Origin: an uncultured virus (IMG/VR IMGVR_UViG_2061766007_002377)
Taxonomy: Duplodnaviria > Heunggongvirae > Uroviricota > Caudoviricetes
Virus record (IMG/VR): IMGVR_UViG_2061766007_002377
Reading direction: 5' to 3' (one strand)
DNA: 64,000 bases
Part shown: positions 42,013 to 53,500 of the stretch, in pieces
How the letters are laid out: each line of letters begins with the position of its first letter
Numbering within the stretch: the stretch's first letter is position 1
Translations under genes and position numbers: made by a program
The notes under the pieces: model-generated
Databases searched by the model: none
What the model saw: only the letters and a program-made list of their open reading frames with translations
What the model was told of the DNA's origin: nothing

Positions 42013-42796
42013 TTTCCGTCACCTGAGTTACTGCATCCTGAAAGTTGTGGCAAATCTGCTCCGCTTCATCCTGTAAGACACTCTTGAGAAGGGTCCTTTC
42101 CTCGTTTGTCATGCTGCGCCCTATCATATCCTCAAGCCTTCCGTTCAAGCGCGAGGCGTAGCGGTCGGGAATCTGCATGATTGCTGCCGTAAGAACGGGA
42201 AAGATGGAAGAGAGCATCTGCACCACTTCCGCCCTTGAGATAAGCTCTTTCTGTTTTTCCTTGTACTGCTGATAGCGCAGGTTTGTCATGCACTTGTCCT
42301 GCGCCTTTTTCCAGTCTACATAATGACGAGGTGGGTCGGTGTTGGGGATGAATAGAAACTCTCCGCTCGGATCTGTCTCCCAACAATCTGCATTATCAGG
42401 GTCTTCCGGGTCAAAGAAGGAAAGCACCTCTGAATTGGGAATGTCCGGCATACTGACATCACTGACCTTATCAGAAGGCACGGGAGGTGTCTTGTCGCTG
42501 ACCTTTCCGCCTCCGAAAATAACGGCATCCTTCTTATCGCGCCTTCCGCCCTTGTTGCCCTGAGGGTTCATTCTCTGCTTGGAGAATATGGCCCTTGTAA
42601 CCGCCCAGTCATACCACTGGCCCGAATATCCGTCCAAGGTTATGCGGGTGTACTTTCCCTTGAGAGTGTCTTTGGAGAGATTCTGCTTTGTGATTCCGAG
42701 CCTTTGAGCGCAGACAACCTGATTTACATATTCTCTGCCGTTGACTCTGACCGAACCGCGCTGTTCAGCCTTACTCTTCGACAGACCCATCATCAC
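41993..42796 (-). CDS. terS: Terminase small subunit
   Basis: HTH plus coiled coil; upstream of terL. Confidence 0.65.
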   Translation of the reverse strand: MMMGLSKSKAEQRGSVRVNGREYVNQVVCAQRLGITKQNLSKDTLKGKYTRITLDGYSGQWYDWAVTRAIFSKQRMNPQGNKGGRRDKKDAVIFGGGKVSDKTPPVPSDKVSDVSMPDIPNSEVLSFFDPEDPDNADCWETDPSGEFLFIPNTDPPRHYVDWKKAQDKCMTNLRYQQYKEKQKELISRAEVVQMLSSIFPVLTAAIMQIPDRYASRLNGRLEDMIGRSMTNEERTLLKSVLQDEAEQICHNFQDAVTQVTENESGTD

Positions 42797-43034
42797 CTCT
42801 GCTGATTCTTCTGACGCTTGCCATCAAAGCGGATTCAACCTCGTATTCGTATTCGGATGTTGCAAGCTGAACACTGTCGTCCCCAAGATGGTAAAAAGTT
42901 GACGTGCGGAACTGGCATCCTTCTTTTCTCAGATAGCCAAATAAGCCTTCCGCCCCCGTAAGACTGTTGAATCGGCGAACTTCCACCAATTCACCGAAGT
43001 GTGTTTTGTGAACAATGGTTGGACTTTTCTGCAT
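42771..43034 (-). CDS. Hypothetical protein leading the terminase operon
   Basis: Homologue of 19538-19780. Confidence 0.55.
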   Translation of the reverse strand: MQKSPTIVHKTHFGELVEVRRFNSLTGAEGLFGYLRKEGCQFRTSTFYHLGDDSVQLATSEYEYEVESALMASVRRISRGDDGSVEE

Positions 43035-43043
43035 TTCAAGGTC

Positions 43044-43097
43044 ATGTTAGCACTGTTATCTTTCCCAACCTATCCCAATCTTTCCGCATATATCCCA
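43044..43097 (-). promoter_or_regulatory. Terminase operon promoter overlapping four 10-bp repeats
   Basis: TAGGTT-N17-TAACAT; TGGGATATAT/GCGGAAAGAT/TGGGATAGGT/TGGGAAAGAT. Confidence 0.5.
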
Positions 43098-43138
43098 TAA
43101 AGCCCTTTTTTACTAAAGGGCGGTGCTATTTTGAGGCT

Positions 43139-43402
43139 ATGAGCAGAGACTACGCCGCCAAATTGGCATCGCTGAGAGCAGAACTTGAAGAATTAAAGAG
43201 TGCCAAAAGCCAGATTCTCAGAACGGGGCAGTCTTGGCGCATCCGCAATGGCGAAGACAACCGTGAATACACAGCCGCATCCCTTGTGGAGATTAACCAT
43301 GAGATTCAGGAACTTGAAAGGCAGATAGCCATTCTTGAGGACATTGTTGAAGGCAATTCACATTGTCCCAACGGGGTGCGTATCAGAGCGAGGGTGCTGT
43401 AA
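43139..43402 (+). CDS. gpW-like head completion protein
   Basis: Homologue of 19904-20167. Confidence 0.65.
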   Translation: MSRDYAAKLASLRAELEELKSAKSQILRTGQSWRIRNGEDNREYTAASLVEINHEIQELERQIAILEDIVEGNSHCPNGVRIRARVL

Positions 43403-44925
43403 TGGGAAGTGAATACAAGACATCCGGCAGAAGCAACGTAAGCGCATACTATCCGATAGATATAAACGAGTTTGCATCCGTCTTTCTCAAACGCCTTCAG
43501 GACAAGACAACCAAGGCCGTAAGTGAGACTGCAATCGGGTCCATGATAATCAATGCGTTCACATCCTTTACCATCGGCGAAGGACTGGAGCCTCAGGCAT
43601 CCCCTGAATCATCCGCTCTCGGTTGGACTGAAGAACAGCGCAGTACCTTTATCACACAGGCAGAGTCTTTCTTCCGCCGTTATGCAGGGTCAAAGAGAAT
43701 AGACCACTACGGCAAGAGCAATTTCTATCAGCTTCAGGCAATCGCATTGCGTAACTGCCTTGTTGACGGAGACAGCCTTCTGCACCGTTCATACCGCAGT
43801 AAGGTCCATGAGTATGAGCCATACATACAGGTGCTTTCAGGTCGTTGGGTCCGCAACCCTATGGTCTCTGCCATAGACACAAAAGAGATAACAGGCGGTG
43901 TTGAGTTTGACAGCGTAGGCCGTGAAGTAGCCTATTACATAGCAAAGACCACAGAGGACAGGACAGATACCCTGGAATCTAAAAAGGTCCTGAAGTTCAA
44001 TCCCAAATCAGGCTTCATGGAATACGACCTTATCCGTCTTGACCTCAGAGAAAGCAATCAGGTGCGCGGTATACCCGTACTCTCCCCTGTTCTTGAGGAC
44101 ATATTCGACCTTGAGACATTCAAGGCCGCATACAAGGCAAAGGCGGCAAATCAGGCTCTTTTCACCGGAATCATAACAAGCGAAAAGGATGCTCCGGCGG
44201 CTCCCGTTTCCTCCATAGACACAATCAAGAAACTTGCAAATCCGACAACAGCCGAGGAAGCCAAGGCCATAATCGAGGCAGGCCAGGTCCATGACGTGAA
44301 CATGGGTAACGGCAATATCATAGCCCTCAATCCGGGCGAAAAGTGGCAGACGGCAGAATCAGATGCCCCTGCTGCTGACTTTGCTCAGTTTGTAGCAAGC
44401 GAACTTGCTCACATCTGCGCAGGTGTCGGAGACGGCGGTATTGCCGCAGAAATGGTCTTACAGAAGTACAACAACAACTACAGCGCATCCAGAGCCACCA
44501 TTGCCGGACAGGAAAAGAAGTTCCGCAACCTCAGAAGTGTGTTTGCTTTTGAGTTCTGCGACCCAATCTGGGAGCAGGTAATCGACTGGGCCATCCGCAA
44601 AGGCTATGTCGAGGCTCCCGGATACCTTGAGGGAGACTGGATGTTCCGTAAGAGCGTTCTTGCCTGCACATGGATAGGCCCGTCCCCAATCAATATCGAT
44701 CCGAAGAAAGAAGTCGAAGCACACATTCTTGCTATCAACGCAGGTCTTGAGACCAAAGAAGATGCCGTGCGCGAAATGTACGGAAGGGACTACGAGGAAA
44801 CGGTAGAGCGCAGGCTCCACGAAAAAGAACTTGAGCAGTCCCTTGGTCTGGCAGAAGACCTGAATCCCGACACTGAGCCTTCAGACAAGGAGGAAGAAGA
44901 AAACAATGAACAGAAGACCGAATGA
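43402..44925 (+). CDS. Portal protein, lambda family
   Basis: GGVEFD, QVRGIP, NYSASR, IDPKKEV. Confidence 0.9.
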   Translation: MGSEYKTSGRSNVSAYYPIDINEFASVFLKRLQDKTTKAVSETAIGSMIINAFTSFTIGEGLEPQASPESSALGWTEEQRSTFITQAESFFRRYAGSKRIDHYGKSNFYQLQAIALRNCLVDGDSLLHRSYRSKVHEYEPYIQVLSGRWVRNPMVSAIDTKEITGGVEFDSVGREVAYYIAKTTEDRTDTLESKKVLKFNPKSGFMEYDLIRLDLRESNQVRGIPVLSPVLEDIFDLETFKAAYKAKAANQALFTGIITSEKDAPAAPVSSIDTIKKLANPTTAEEAKAIIEAGQVHDVNMGNGNIIALNPGEKWQTAESDAPAADFAQFVASELAHICAGVGDGGIAAEMVLQKYNNNYSASRATIAGQEKKFRNLRSVFAFEFCDPIWEQVIDWAIRKGYVEAPGYLEGDWMFRKSVLACTWIGPSPINIDPKKEVEAHILAINAGLETKEDAVREMYGRDYEETVERRLHEKELEQSLGLAEDLNPDTEPSDKEEEENNEQKTE

Positions 44926-46087
44926 GATTCTTGCCCTGCGTGACGAGGGCAGATTCTACGCATCATTTGATGAAAGACAGCGTGCCATGGCAAAGGGTTG
45001 GGGCGCATCCGTGAACTCCGAGACAGGCGTTGCTGTTGTTTCCGTAAGCGGTCCGCAGGGCGGCGAGTCCTGGTATTGGGGCATAGGCACTTACACGGCA
45101 CTCAGAGCCAGGCTTGAAAGCCTCATGGATGATGAAAGAGTCAAGAACATTGTCCTTGAAATCAACTCCCCCGGCGGAGATGTCAACGGCCTGTTTGAGT
45201 GCTGCAACTACATAAAATCATGCGACAAACCGATTACGGCCCATGTGACCGGAATGTGTTGCTCTGCCGCCTATGCCATAGCCGCCTGTTGCTCTGAAAT
45301 CTACGCAACAGAGACTTCTGAAATCGGCTCTGTCGGAGTCTATGCCGAGGCATGGAACGAAGAAGAGTGGATGAAGAAGAACGGCATCCTTTCCAAAATC
45401 TTCCGCTCCAAAAACGCAGAGAAGAAGAACATGAGTGCTTTCTCCGAAGAAGGAGCTGCGGACCTTCAGGCAAAACTGGACTACTACGAGGACTGCTTTT
45501 ACAGCGTTCTTGCAGAAGGCCGTGGCATGGACAAGGAAAAGTGCATTGAGGCTTTCGGACACGGAGCCGTGTTCCTCGCTTCCGATGCAGTTGAAAGAAA
45601 CATGATTAACGGCGTCATGAGTTATGACGAGTTAATAGAAAAATTGGCCTCTTCCGAGACAGAAGAGGACGAAGGAGATGACATGGACTTTACAACCATG
45701 ACGGCAGAGGAAAGAGCCTCTGCTTTTCAGGCACTCGTTCAGGCTGAACCTTCACTTCTTGCAGAAGTCGAGGAACAGGCAAGAACGGCAGAGCGTGAGC
45801 GCATCAATACTCTGAACGCAGAACGCACACAGGCCAATGCCGAGATTATCGACAAGGCCATTGCGGACGGTTCGGTTCTGAGCGCAATCGCTATGGATTT
45901 GTATAAGGCCGAGAAGGACCATTCTGCCAAAGCCGCAGAAGAAGCCGCAAAACTCGCCCTTATTAGCACACAGGCTGAGAACACACAGACCCTTGCAGGT
46001 CTTCAGAATCCCACGCCTGACGACATGAAGGCCTTTGACGCACTTTGCGATGGCCTTAATGAAAAAGATGACAAGGAGGGAAAATAA
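44906..46087 (+). CDS. S49 head maturation protease/scaffold
   Basis: INSPGG, CSAAY, IGSVGV. Confidence 0.9.
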   Translation: MNRRPNEILALRDEGRFYASFDERQRAMAKGWGASVNSETGVAVVSVSGPQGGESWYWGIGTYTALRARLESLMDDERVKNIVLEINSPGGDVNGLFECCNYIKSCDKPITAHVTGMCCSAAYAIAACCSEIYATETSEIGSVGVYAEAWNEEEWMKKNGILSKIFRSKNAEKKNMSAFSEEGAADLQAKLDYYEDCFYSVLAEGRGMDKEKCIEAFGHGAVFLASDAVERNMINGVMSYDELIEKLASSETEEDEGDDMDFTTMTAEERASAFQALVQAEPSLLAEVEEQARTAERERINTLNAERTQANAEIIDKAIADGSVLSAIAMDLYKAEKDHSAKAAEEAAKLALISTQAENTQTLAGLQNPTPDDMKAFDALCDGLNEKDDKEGK

Positions 46088-46539
46088 TGGCCGAAGTCAT
46101 TACAACCAAACTTGCTCTGGGCCTTCCCTCTTCTTGGAAGACCGCAGTAGTCAAAATCGGAAAGGGTGCAGCAAACGCTCCCTCAAACGACACAGTTCTC
46201 CCCGCTGGCTACCCTGTTCTGCTTTCAACAGTAAACGGACAGGAGTATGACGCTTTCACCAAGACAGGCATTGCCGCAGCCATCGTTGATACCAAGGGAA
46301 CAGTGGGAACATCTGTCACAACAGTTGGCGCCGCACTCGGCATCCTGCTTGAGCCCTGGAAGGTCTCTGCAACACAGACCAATGTCAAGATTGCTTACGC
46401 AGGTGAGTTCAATCTCGAAGCCATTTATGCCGCTTGCGAGGACTTCTTCGATGATACAGAAGTCACACCGAAGATGCTCCGCAACGCACACGGTCACATT
46501 GTTTTCGCCGAGAACAAAGTCGAAAACATTTTCGAATAA
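46087..46539 (+). CDS. Head decoration protein
   Basis: Synteny and homology with copy A. Confidence 0.6.
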   Translation: MAEVITTKLALGLPSSWKTAVVKIGKGAANAPSNDTVLPAGYPVLLSTVNGQEYDAFTKTGIAAAIVDTKGTVGTSVTTVGAALGILLEPWKVSATQTNVKIAYAGEFNLEAIYAACEDFFDDTEVTPKMLRNAHGHIVFAENKVENIFE

Positions 46540-46551
46540 GGAGGGAGAAAG

Positions 46552-47607
46552 ATGAATTTTAGTCTTGACCTTGTAAAGCACGGACTTCCCCGTGTAGCAA
46601 TGAGAAGCACAACCGCCAAACCTGTTGACACGTTTTTGTCTGAAATTTTATTTGGTGCCCCGTCTATAGCCGGAAATACCGCCGTGGACGGTGTTGTGCT
46701 TGAATACAGAAAGTATGTCCCCGGCATCGCCGAGGAAGCTCTGCGTGGCGAAGACCCGAAGAGAATGAACTACAAGAGCAAGTTCAACGATTCCTACATC
46801 GTTCCGAACTACTACCATGTCACTGACAGGGTAACTCTTGAGGACGCAGACGCCAGAGTATTCGGCGAACCCCTTGAGGGCAACAACGATTCCATTCAGC
46901 GTGTTATGACCCGCTTTGCTGAAAAGAGAGATGCAATCCACGATTCATTCCTCATGGCAAAAGAGGCTATGGCCGCCAACGCAATCTTCAATGCACAGAT
47001 TGTCAACAAGGAAGGCACACAGGCTCTTCCCATGACATCAAGCCTGCTTTCACAGACCGGATCAACCATGTACACCGACTTCCTCGGAACCATCAAGACC
47101 GGATTTGCCAACACCAGAAAGCAGAACAAGGGCTTCAGGCCCAATGCTCTGATTCTGAACCCCACATACGCAATTCTGCTTGTTGAGGCTCTGAACACAG
47201 CAGGACTCCTGAACAAGATGGGTTACGACCTTGCAATCGCAAAGTTTGCTCCCGTCTCCGACAAGGGTGTTCAGGTAATGGGCAGTGTCAACACTCCCGC
47301 CGGACAGCTCGCAATCCTTGCCTACTACGGCAATGACGGCACAAACGATTACATCCCCAATCAGAAGGCAATCCTTTGCAACGCTGACAAGGGTGGAATC
47401 GGAGCTTTCGCATACGGCAGAGTTCAGGCATTTGAGGATGGCAGAGGCCCGCACTATGTAGTCGAGCAGGAGAGATACCGCCCCTACATTGAAGGTCACG
47501 GAGATATGGCACAGTACGCCATTGAGGTTCAGAGCGCACCGATTCCGGTCATCACAAACCTTGACGGTTACTGCGTCTTTACCTCAATCCCCTCTTCACT
47601 GAGCTGA
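46552..47607 (+). CDS. Major capsid protein (lambda E-like)
   Basis: Synteny and homology with copy A. Confidence 0.75.
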   Translation: MNFSLDLVKHGLPRVAMRSTTAKPVDTFLSEILFGAPSIAGNTAVDGVVLEYRKYVPGIAEEALRGEDPKRMNYKSKFNDSYIVPNYYHVTDRVTLEDADARVFGEPLEGNNDSIQRVMTRFAEKRDAIHDSFLMAKEAMAANAIFNAQIVNKEGTQALPMTSSLLSQTGSTMYTDFLGTIKTGFANTRKQNKGFRPNALILNPTYAILLVEALNTAGLLNKMGYDLAIAKFAPVSDKGVQVMGSVNTPAGQLAILAYYGNDGTNDYIPNQKAILCNADKGGIGAFAYGRVQAFEDGRGPHYVVEQERYRPYIEGHGDMAQYAIEVQSAPIPVITNLDGYCVFTSIPSSLS

Positions 47608-47620
47608 GCGAGGTAGCCGG

Positions 47621-47950
47621 ATGTTCTATGACGATGTATTTGCAGACATTCTCGCAGACGGACCTTTCTCAACGGAAGGCAAACTGACTGTGGGAACTAC
47701 TGAATACACCGTCAAAGGCATCTTTTGTTCCGGCAATTATGGGTCCAAGGAATACGACAAGGGATATTCGACAAAGAAGACTGAGAAAAGACAGTCCTTC
47801 AAGATAGCCCTTGCCGGTATTCCGCAGGGTTTGAGCGCATCGGATCTGATAAGACAGGCAATCACCATAAACGGCGAGAACTGGATTATCAACGATGTCA
47901 CGGGCAACCAAAGCGGCGTACTTGAACTTTCACTGAAGGCGGCAAGTTGA
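47621..47950 (+). CDS. Head-tail joining protein
   Basis: Synteny and homology with copy A. Confidence 0.55.
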   Translation: MFYDDVFADILADGPFSTEGKLTVGTTEYTVKGIFCSGNYGSKEYDKGYSTKKTEKRQSFKIALAGIPQGLSASDLIRQAITINGENWIINDVTGNQSGVLELSLKAAS

Positions 47951-48534
47951 TGGAACTGACTATTGAGGGATTCGACAAACTGCTGAACAAACTCAATGTG
48001 GTTTCCACGGACACCACAAAGAAGATGGCCTTTTCCGCCGTTGCCGTCACGGCAGCAGAAGGAAGAAAGGAAGAACAGCAGAGAGCGACCACGTTGCGTT
48101 TGGGATTACATCAGCACACTGCCCGAAAGAGAAAAACCGGAAAGTATGAGTTCTTGGACAGGGTGATGTTGAAATACACCCCTGCCGGATACTCTTCCAC
48201 AACAAGGACTACCACTAATCCCAAAACAGGCGCAGTTACTCCGTACAGAATGGCCAACTTCTCATGGGAAACCGTAAGAAGAAAGACATCTGCAACCGCA
48301 GGGTACACAAGCATCCTTGCAAACCTCTGGGCGCATCCGTCAAAACCCTATTCGGCAAATTCGCCCTTTGTGGGTTCCGGCAGATACCGCAAACAGTGGA
48401 AAGCAGGCCAGTCCAGACCAAGAAAATACAGTTGGTCCAGTGTTGCCTCAATTCTGGCACAGCACATGGGAACGGGCGTAACTGTCACGGAGCAGAGATT
48501 CAAGAAAGACTTTGAGGAGTTCAACAAAGAATGA
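47947..48534 (+). CDS. Putative neck/tail completion protein
   Basis: YTS.LANLW..SKPY shared with copy A. Confidence 0.45.
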   Translation: MMELTIEGFDKLLNKLNVVSTDTTKKMAFSAVAVTAAEGRKEEQQRATTLRLGLHQHTARKRKTGKYEFLDRVMLKYTPAGYSSTTRTTTNPKTGAVTPYRMANFSWETVRRKTSATAGYTSILANLWAHPSKPYSANSPFVGSGRYRKQWKAGQSRPRKYSWSSVASILAQHMGTGVTVTEQRFKKDFEEFNKE

Positions 48535-48977
48535 CATTGAGAGAGATTCTTGAGCAGGTCCAGATGGACATTGTTTCCAATCTCAACGCTTACATTCAGG
48601 CAAGCGAAGGCGCGGAAGAAGATTGGTATTCGCCTCTTTCCTTCCATGACGATGCTCCCAGAGTGGAAACGGACAAATACAGAATGGGAATCTATCTGTC
48701 TTCACCGGACGGAGAAGTTTTCACTTCCGGCCCTGATTCCTCAAATGTCATGGTGACTCTTGATTGTATTCTCGATGACGTTCGTGAACACAGCAATTAT
48801 CCGCAGTTATATCTGTCGGCAGTTGTGGACTACCTGAGAAAGAAACAGTACGGCGTGTCTTCAAATGTGGCAACCGCCCAGATTGTCAGAACGGATCTGG
48901 ATGCCCCGGTAAATGCGTTTGTCGTGGCAATCAGCATAACAGTCTATGCCAATGACATGGACTACGACTTTAGATAA
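48531..48977 (+). CDS. Putative tail terminator
   Basis: Synteny and homology with copy A. Confidence 0.5.
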   Translation: MTLREILEQVQMDIVSNLNAYIQASEGAEEDWYSPLSFHDDAPRVETDKYRMGIYLSSPDGEVFTSGPDSSNVMVTLDCILDDVREHSNYPQLYLSAVVDYLRKKQYGVSSNVATAQIVRTDLDAPVNAFVVAISITVYANDMDYDFR

Positions 48978-48988
48978 GGAGATAAGCA

Positions 48989-49705
48989 ATGGCTCATCTT
49001 AACAATGTAAGAGATGGAAGAAAGGCCAAGGTCTTCCTTGCATCTTTCGGCACAACAGAACTGACTTCCGTTGCTCTTGGAAAGATTTATGCAATCACCG
49101 CCAAGGCAAGTGGCACTTCTGCTTTCGGCAACCTTGTTGTCGGTGATTTCTTCATTGCAACAGGCGCAGCCGCTCCCTCTCTTGAGACAGGAGACAAGTG
49201 CGTTGAAGTCACTCCCCTGTTCTTTGGTGGAGCAACGGACAAAGACCTCAATTTTGAGAAGTCCACAACCGATGTCACCTGCGATAAAGATTCCGCTTCC
49301 AACGTGACCTCTGATGGCACGGTAGCCTCAAGCGGAAGCGTGACTGCCTATGACCTTCTTCAGACAGGCACAACCGCAGCCAACAAGATTCGTCAGAAGT
49401 TCAACAAGATGGTCGAGTACAGTTCAGGCGTTCCCACAGGCTCTGAACTGGACAGAACAGAGAAGGATGTTCTCATCTTTGTCTGGGATGCCAGAGACCT
49501 TGAGACAGGCGAGTATGTCGGTATCGACTTTGTTCCCGCCTTCATCAGCTCACAGGCTCACGGCTCTTCCTATGGAAGCGGTCAGACATTCACTGCCAAC
49601 TTCACAGGTGCAGATTCTGATGAGGCCGGACACAGACGCTCTTATCAGCAGTTTGCATATCAGACCGAGTTCGGCACACAGCTTGACGCTTGGTGTGCTG
49701 CCTGA
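48989..49705 (+). CDS. Major tail tube protein
   Basis: Synteny and homology with copy A. Confidence 0.65.
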   Translation: MAHLNNVRDGRKAKVFLASFGTTELTSVALGKIYAITAKASGTSAFGNLVVGDFFIATGAAAPSLETGDKCVEVTPLFFGGATDKDLNFEKSTTDVTCDKDSASNVTSDGTVASSGSVTAYDLLQTGTTAANKIRQKFNKMVEYSSGVPTGSELDRTEKDVLIFVWDARDLETGEYVGIDFVPAFISSQAHGSSYGSGQTFTANFTGADSDEAGHRRSYQQFAYQTEFGTQLDAWCAA

Positions 49706-49798
49706 TTTCACATCTTACCCTAGCAACGGGTTGGAGGTGCGATTGCATCAAGCCTCCGTTGCTAGGTCTTTTAAAAACACGTTGCTAGGAGAAACAAA

Positions 49799-50559
49799 AT
49801 GCTTGATTTAAAAGTTGAGAACATTGACACCAGTAAGGCAGACCTCGGACTCAGACATGAGTACATTCCGCAGGTCACTTTCAATCTTGCCATTGAAAAC
49901 GAAGAGGACAGAGTGGTTGTGGAGTGCGAGCACTTCCGCCCTGGAGAGATGGCGACCTACATGAGCGCAGACAGGACTGACGGAATAGCATACAACATTC
50001 CGAAGGTCTTTACCAAAAAGGTCAAAGGCATCCGCAATCTGCGCATAAACGGCACTCCTGTCACAACGGCAGAGGCCCTTCTCAAATATCCTTCATCTCC
50101 TGAGCTTGATGCTCTTGTGTGGGATGTTGCACTGCACATTGTCAGTGGAGAGAGGCTCAACGGAGATGAAAGAAAAAACTTATCATCGGCTTCCAACTCC
50201 TCAGAGGAAAAAACCTCTACCAAGAGCTGAAGCCGGGAGACTACAAACCATCTGCCCTGCCGGAAGAACTGATCCGTTGTTGGGAAGAAGTGACAATCGA
50301 TGATGACGGAAAGCAGAAGACTGAAAAGGTGTCTCTCATGCTTTGGAGAGATGTCCCGCAGTACCGCACAGAATTTCTGAATCGATGTATTCAACTTTTC
50401 AATCAATGGCATTTGTTTGAAAAAGCACCGCCTAACGGAAACGGATGGGCGAACGAAAGAGCCGTGATTGTGGAAATATTGGAACTTCTGGAAATGGAGA
50501 ACAATGCCTACGATTCATGGCTCCGTGATAAAGAGGACGACAAGCGCAATTCCAAATAA
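49799..50559 (+). CDS. Tail assembly chaperones G/GT via -1 frameshift
   Basis: A AAA AAC at 50173-50179, conserved with copy A. Confidence 0.75.
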
Positions 50560-50571
50560 AGGAGAGACATC

Positions 50572-53500
50572 ATGGCGGAATTGAAGATAAAGATAACAGC
50601 AGATGCAAAGCCCGCAAGCGAGGCACTTTCAAACCTTTCGGGAAACGTCAAAAAATTCCGCAATGAACTACTTAAAAGCAACTCCATCGAGGAAGCGGAG
50701 CAGGGAACCCTTGACAGATATGTTGAGGCGGTCAGGCTCCGCAATGAATACGACCGCGCAACAAAAAGCCAGATGCAGGCTCTGCGCTCTGAGTCCAAAC
50801 ACCTTTCAGAAGAAATATTCATCCTTTCAAAAAGATTCGGTGAAGACAATGACACCGTAAGGACTTTCCGTGAGCAGTTGGCCGGAACAAAACAGGAAAT
50901 GGAGAACTTCACGGCAAACATGGATGATGCCGGAAACGCATCGGGCAAGACAGGCCTGAAACTTCTCTCCGTTGCCAAGAACATCCTGAAATTCCAGTTG
51001 CTCATGGGGCCTATCACATCCGTTGTCCGTGGTTTCAGAACCACCCTTTCGGATTCTGTAAAACTTGCAGGTGAAGCAGAGCAGAGATTCTCAAAACTTG
51101 CAACGGTCTTTGACGGATTCGGAGATTCCGCCAAGCGTATGGCTCAGAGTCTTGCATCTTCAATCGGTGTTGCAAATTCCACNNNNNNNNNNNNNNNNNN
51201 NNNNNNNNNNNNNNNNNNNNNNNNNNNNNNNNNNNNAGAAAGCCTTTCAACCGCAGCTTCATGGGTAAGTGCCTTCCAAGACATTATAGCCTTCAAAGAC
51301 ATCAACATGAGCCTTGAAGAGTTTGCACAGAACTTTATGAGCGGTGCGGCCGGAAACCTGAGAAACTTTCGTACATTCGGCTCCATTGTCAAGGAAAGCG
51401 CAGTACAGGCTGAACTTGCAAAGAAGGGTCTTGATAAACTCACAGGAAGTGAACTTGAACTTGCCAAAATGACAACCCGTGCGAACATGGCCCTCGAACA
51501 GCAGAAGAACGCAATGGGTGCAACAGAAAGAGAATGGAATACCATGCTTTCTGTAAACCGCCGCTTGAACGAGGCACAAAAACAGTTCAAGGAAAACCTT
51601 GGTGATGAACTTAACCAAACTCTCAAGCCAATGAGAACCGTCCTTACTGACATCCTTGACGCGTGGAATAACATAGTCAAGGCAAAAGAGCGTTATGCAA
51701 ACGTCAAAGCTGGGACACTCGAAGCAACACCTCAGTACGATGAGAACAGTTCTTCTCAGAGAATGGCGCTTCAGCAGATGATAATTGAAAACAGAGCAGG
51801 AATAAGGCAAGGAAACTCAATGGTCTATAACATGACCGGAGATATTGCCTCAAGAATTGCCGCCGCTACAGGGGCTTCTCTTGTGCAAGTTCTTGATATG
51901 TTTGAGAAGATGGGCGGAGTTGATTCTCGGAACTATGACAGGGACCAGATACTCAAACAGGCCGCCGAAAGTCTTGCCGCAATAGTTCAGCAGCAGAAAG
52001 ACCAATCCCAAATTGAGAGCAATCTTGGAACAATCAGGTCAATGGTTCAGGGCGCAGATAATTTTATTGAACTGCTTGCATCCATAACTGGCGCAGGTGG
52101 CGGTATAAACGCCCAGAACTTGTCTTGGATGGAGACCCTGAAGTACAACATCAACGGCAAAGAGATTGTCCAGAAGAAAATTGCAGAATATATCAACGAA
52201 AACATAACCGGAGCAATGGAAAGTATAAGCAGTGCAGACCTTGCATCTTGGAGTGACGCAATCTCCGAAGCTCTTGGTGAATCCGACATGGATGCAATGC
52301 TCAAGGGCAGAGCCGAATCGTTCAGACAATTCTATGAAGCGTTGCACAACTACTTCAGCAAGGACGGCGTTCTGTCCGAGGATGAAATCTCAAGACTGGG
52401 TGACATCCGCATTGCCTATCAGGAAGCCAAGAAAGCCGCAGAAGATTACATGGCATCCCTTCAGGCGCAGGCTTCTCTGCAAAGTTACGGAGACAGACTG
52501 AGAACAAGCGCACTTGTGGCAACAGGCATGGATGCTTCCGAGGCAGGTGTGCGTGTTTCATGGGCCAATGAACTTGCGGAAATCGGCAAGCTCTTTAAAG
52601 AACTTGGCACAAACACCATTGAAATCAACGGGCAAATGTATAAGCAAAAAGACCTGATTGCCCTTGTGAACGAGCAGTACAACGAGCAGATAGACAAAAT
52701 CAAAGAGGCGAACAAGGCAATGACCTCATGGGAAAATGCACTGGCGCAGGTCAAAGACTCTCCCCTCTTTAAGTCCATAGACCAGTTCAAAACAGACTTT
52801 GCAGCCGGAAAGGAATGGGCCGCAGGAAAAGGCGCAACAGAAGGCGCGGCAAATGCAGCGGGTGTTGGCGCAGGCATTGCCGGCTTCCTTGCCACCCTTG
52901 CGACACAGACTGAGACATTCCAGAAGTTTATGGACATTCTACAGCCCGCCATAGAAACCATGAACAATTTTCTCAAGCCGTTACAGCCTGCAATCGAGGC
53001 TATTGGCGAGGCAATCAGTTATATGGTTTATGCCATATTGAAGCCTTTATGGGATTCCAAGGTTATTCAAATTATCGCCACAGCCCTTCTGACGATTGGC
53101 AAAGTCGTTGAAACCATAGCGGCCGCAGTAACCAATGTAGGCCGTGGAATAGGCAACTTCTTCCGTGGTCTGTTTGGCATGGAAAAGAAGGCGTATGAAG
53201 ACATCGGTGCAATATGGGATGACTACTATACAACGCTTGACCAGATTTGGGGCGCAACATTTCAGATTGCCAAGAACACTGATCCGAGCAATGACGAGCG
53301 TTTGAAAGCCTATCAGGAGATGTATCAAAAACAGATGATAACAGAGTCCGAGTTCTCTGCACTTCTGAGAGGTATTCAGGGGGCAAGATACGACAGCGTG
53401 AGAACATCAGGCTCTTACGCATGGAACAACGGCAGAGCCGGAACAACAAACGTCTATTACGGAGATTTGAAATTCACAATCAACGGCACGAATCTTTCAG

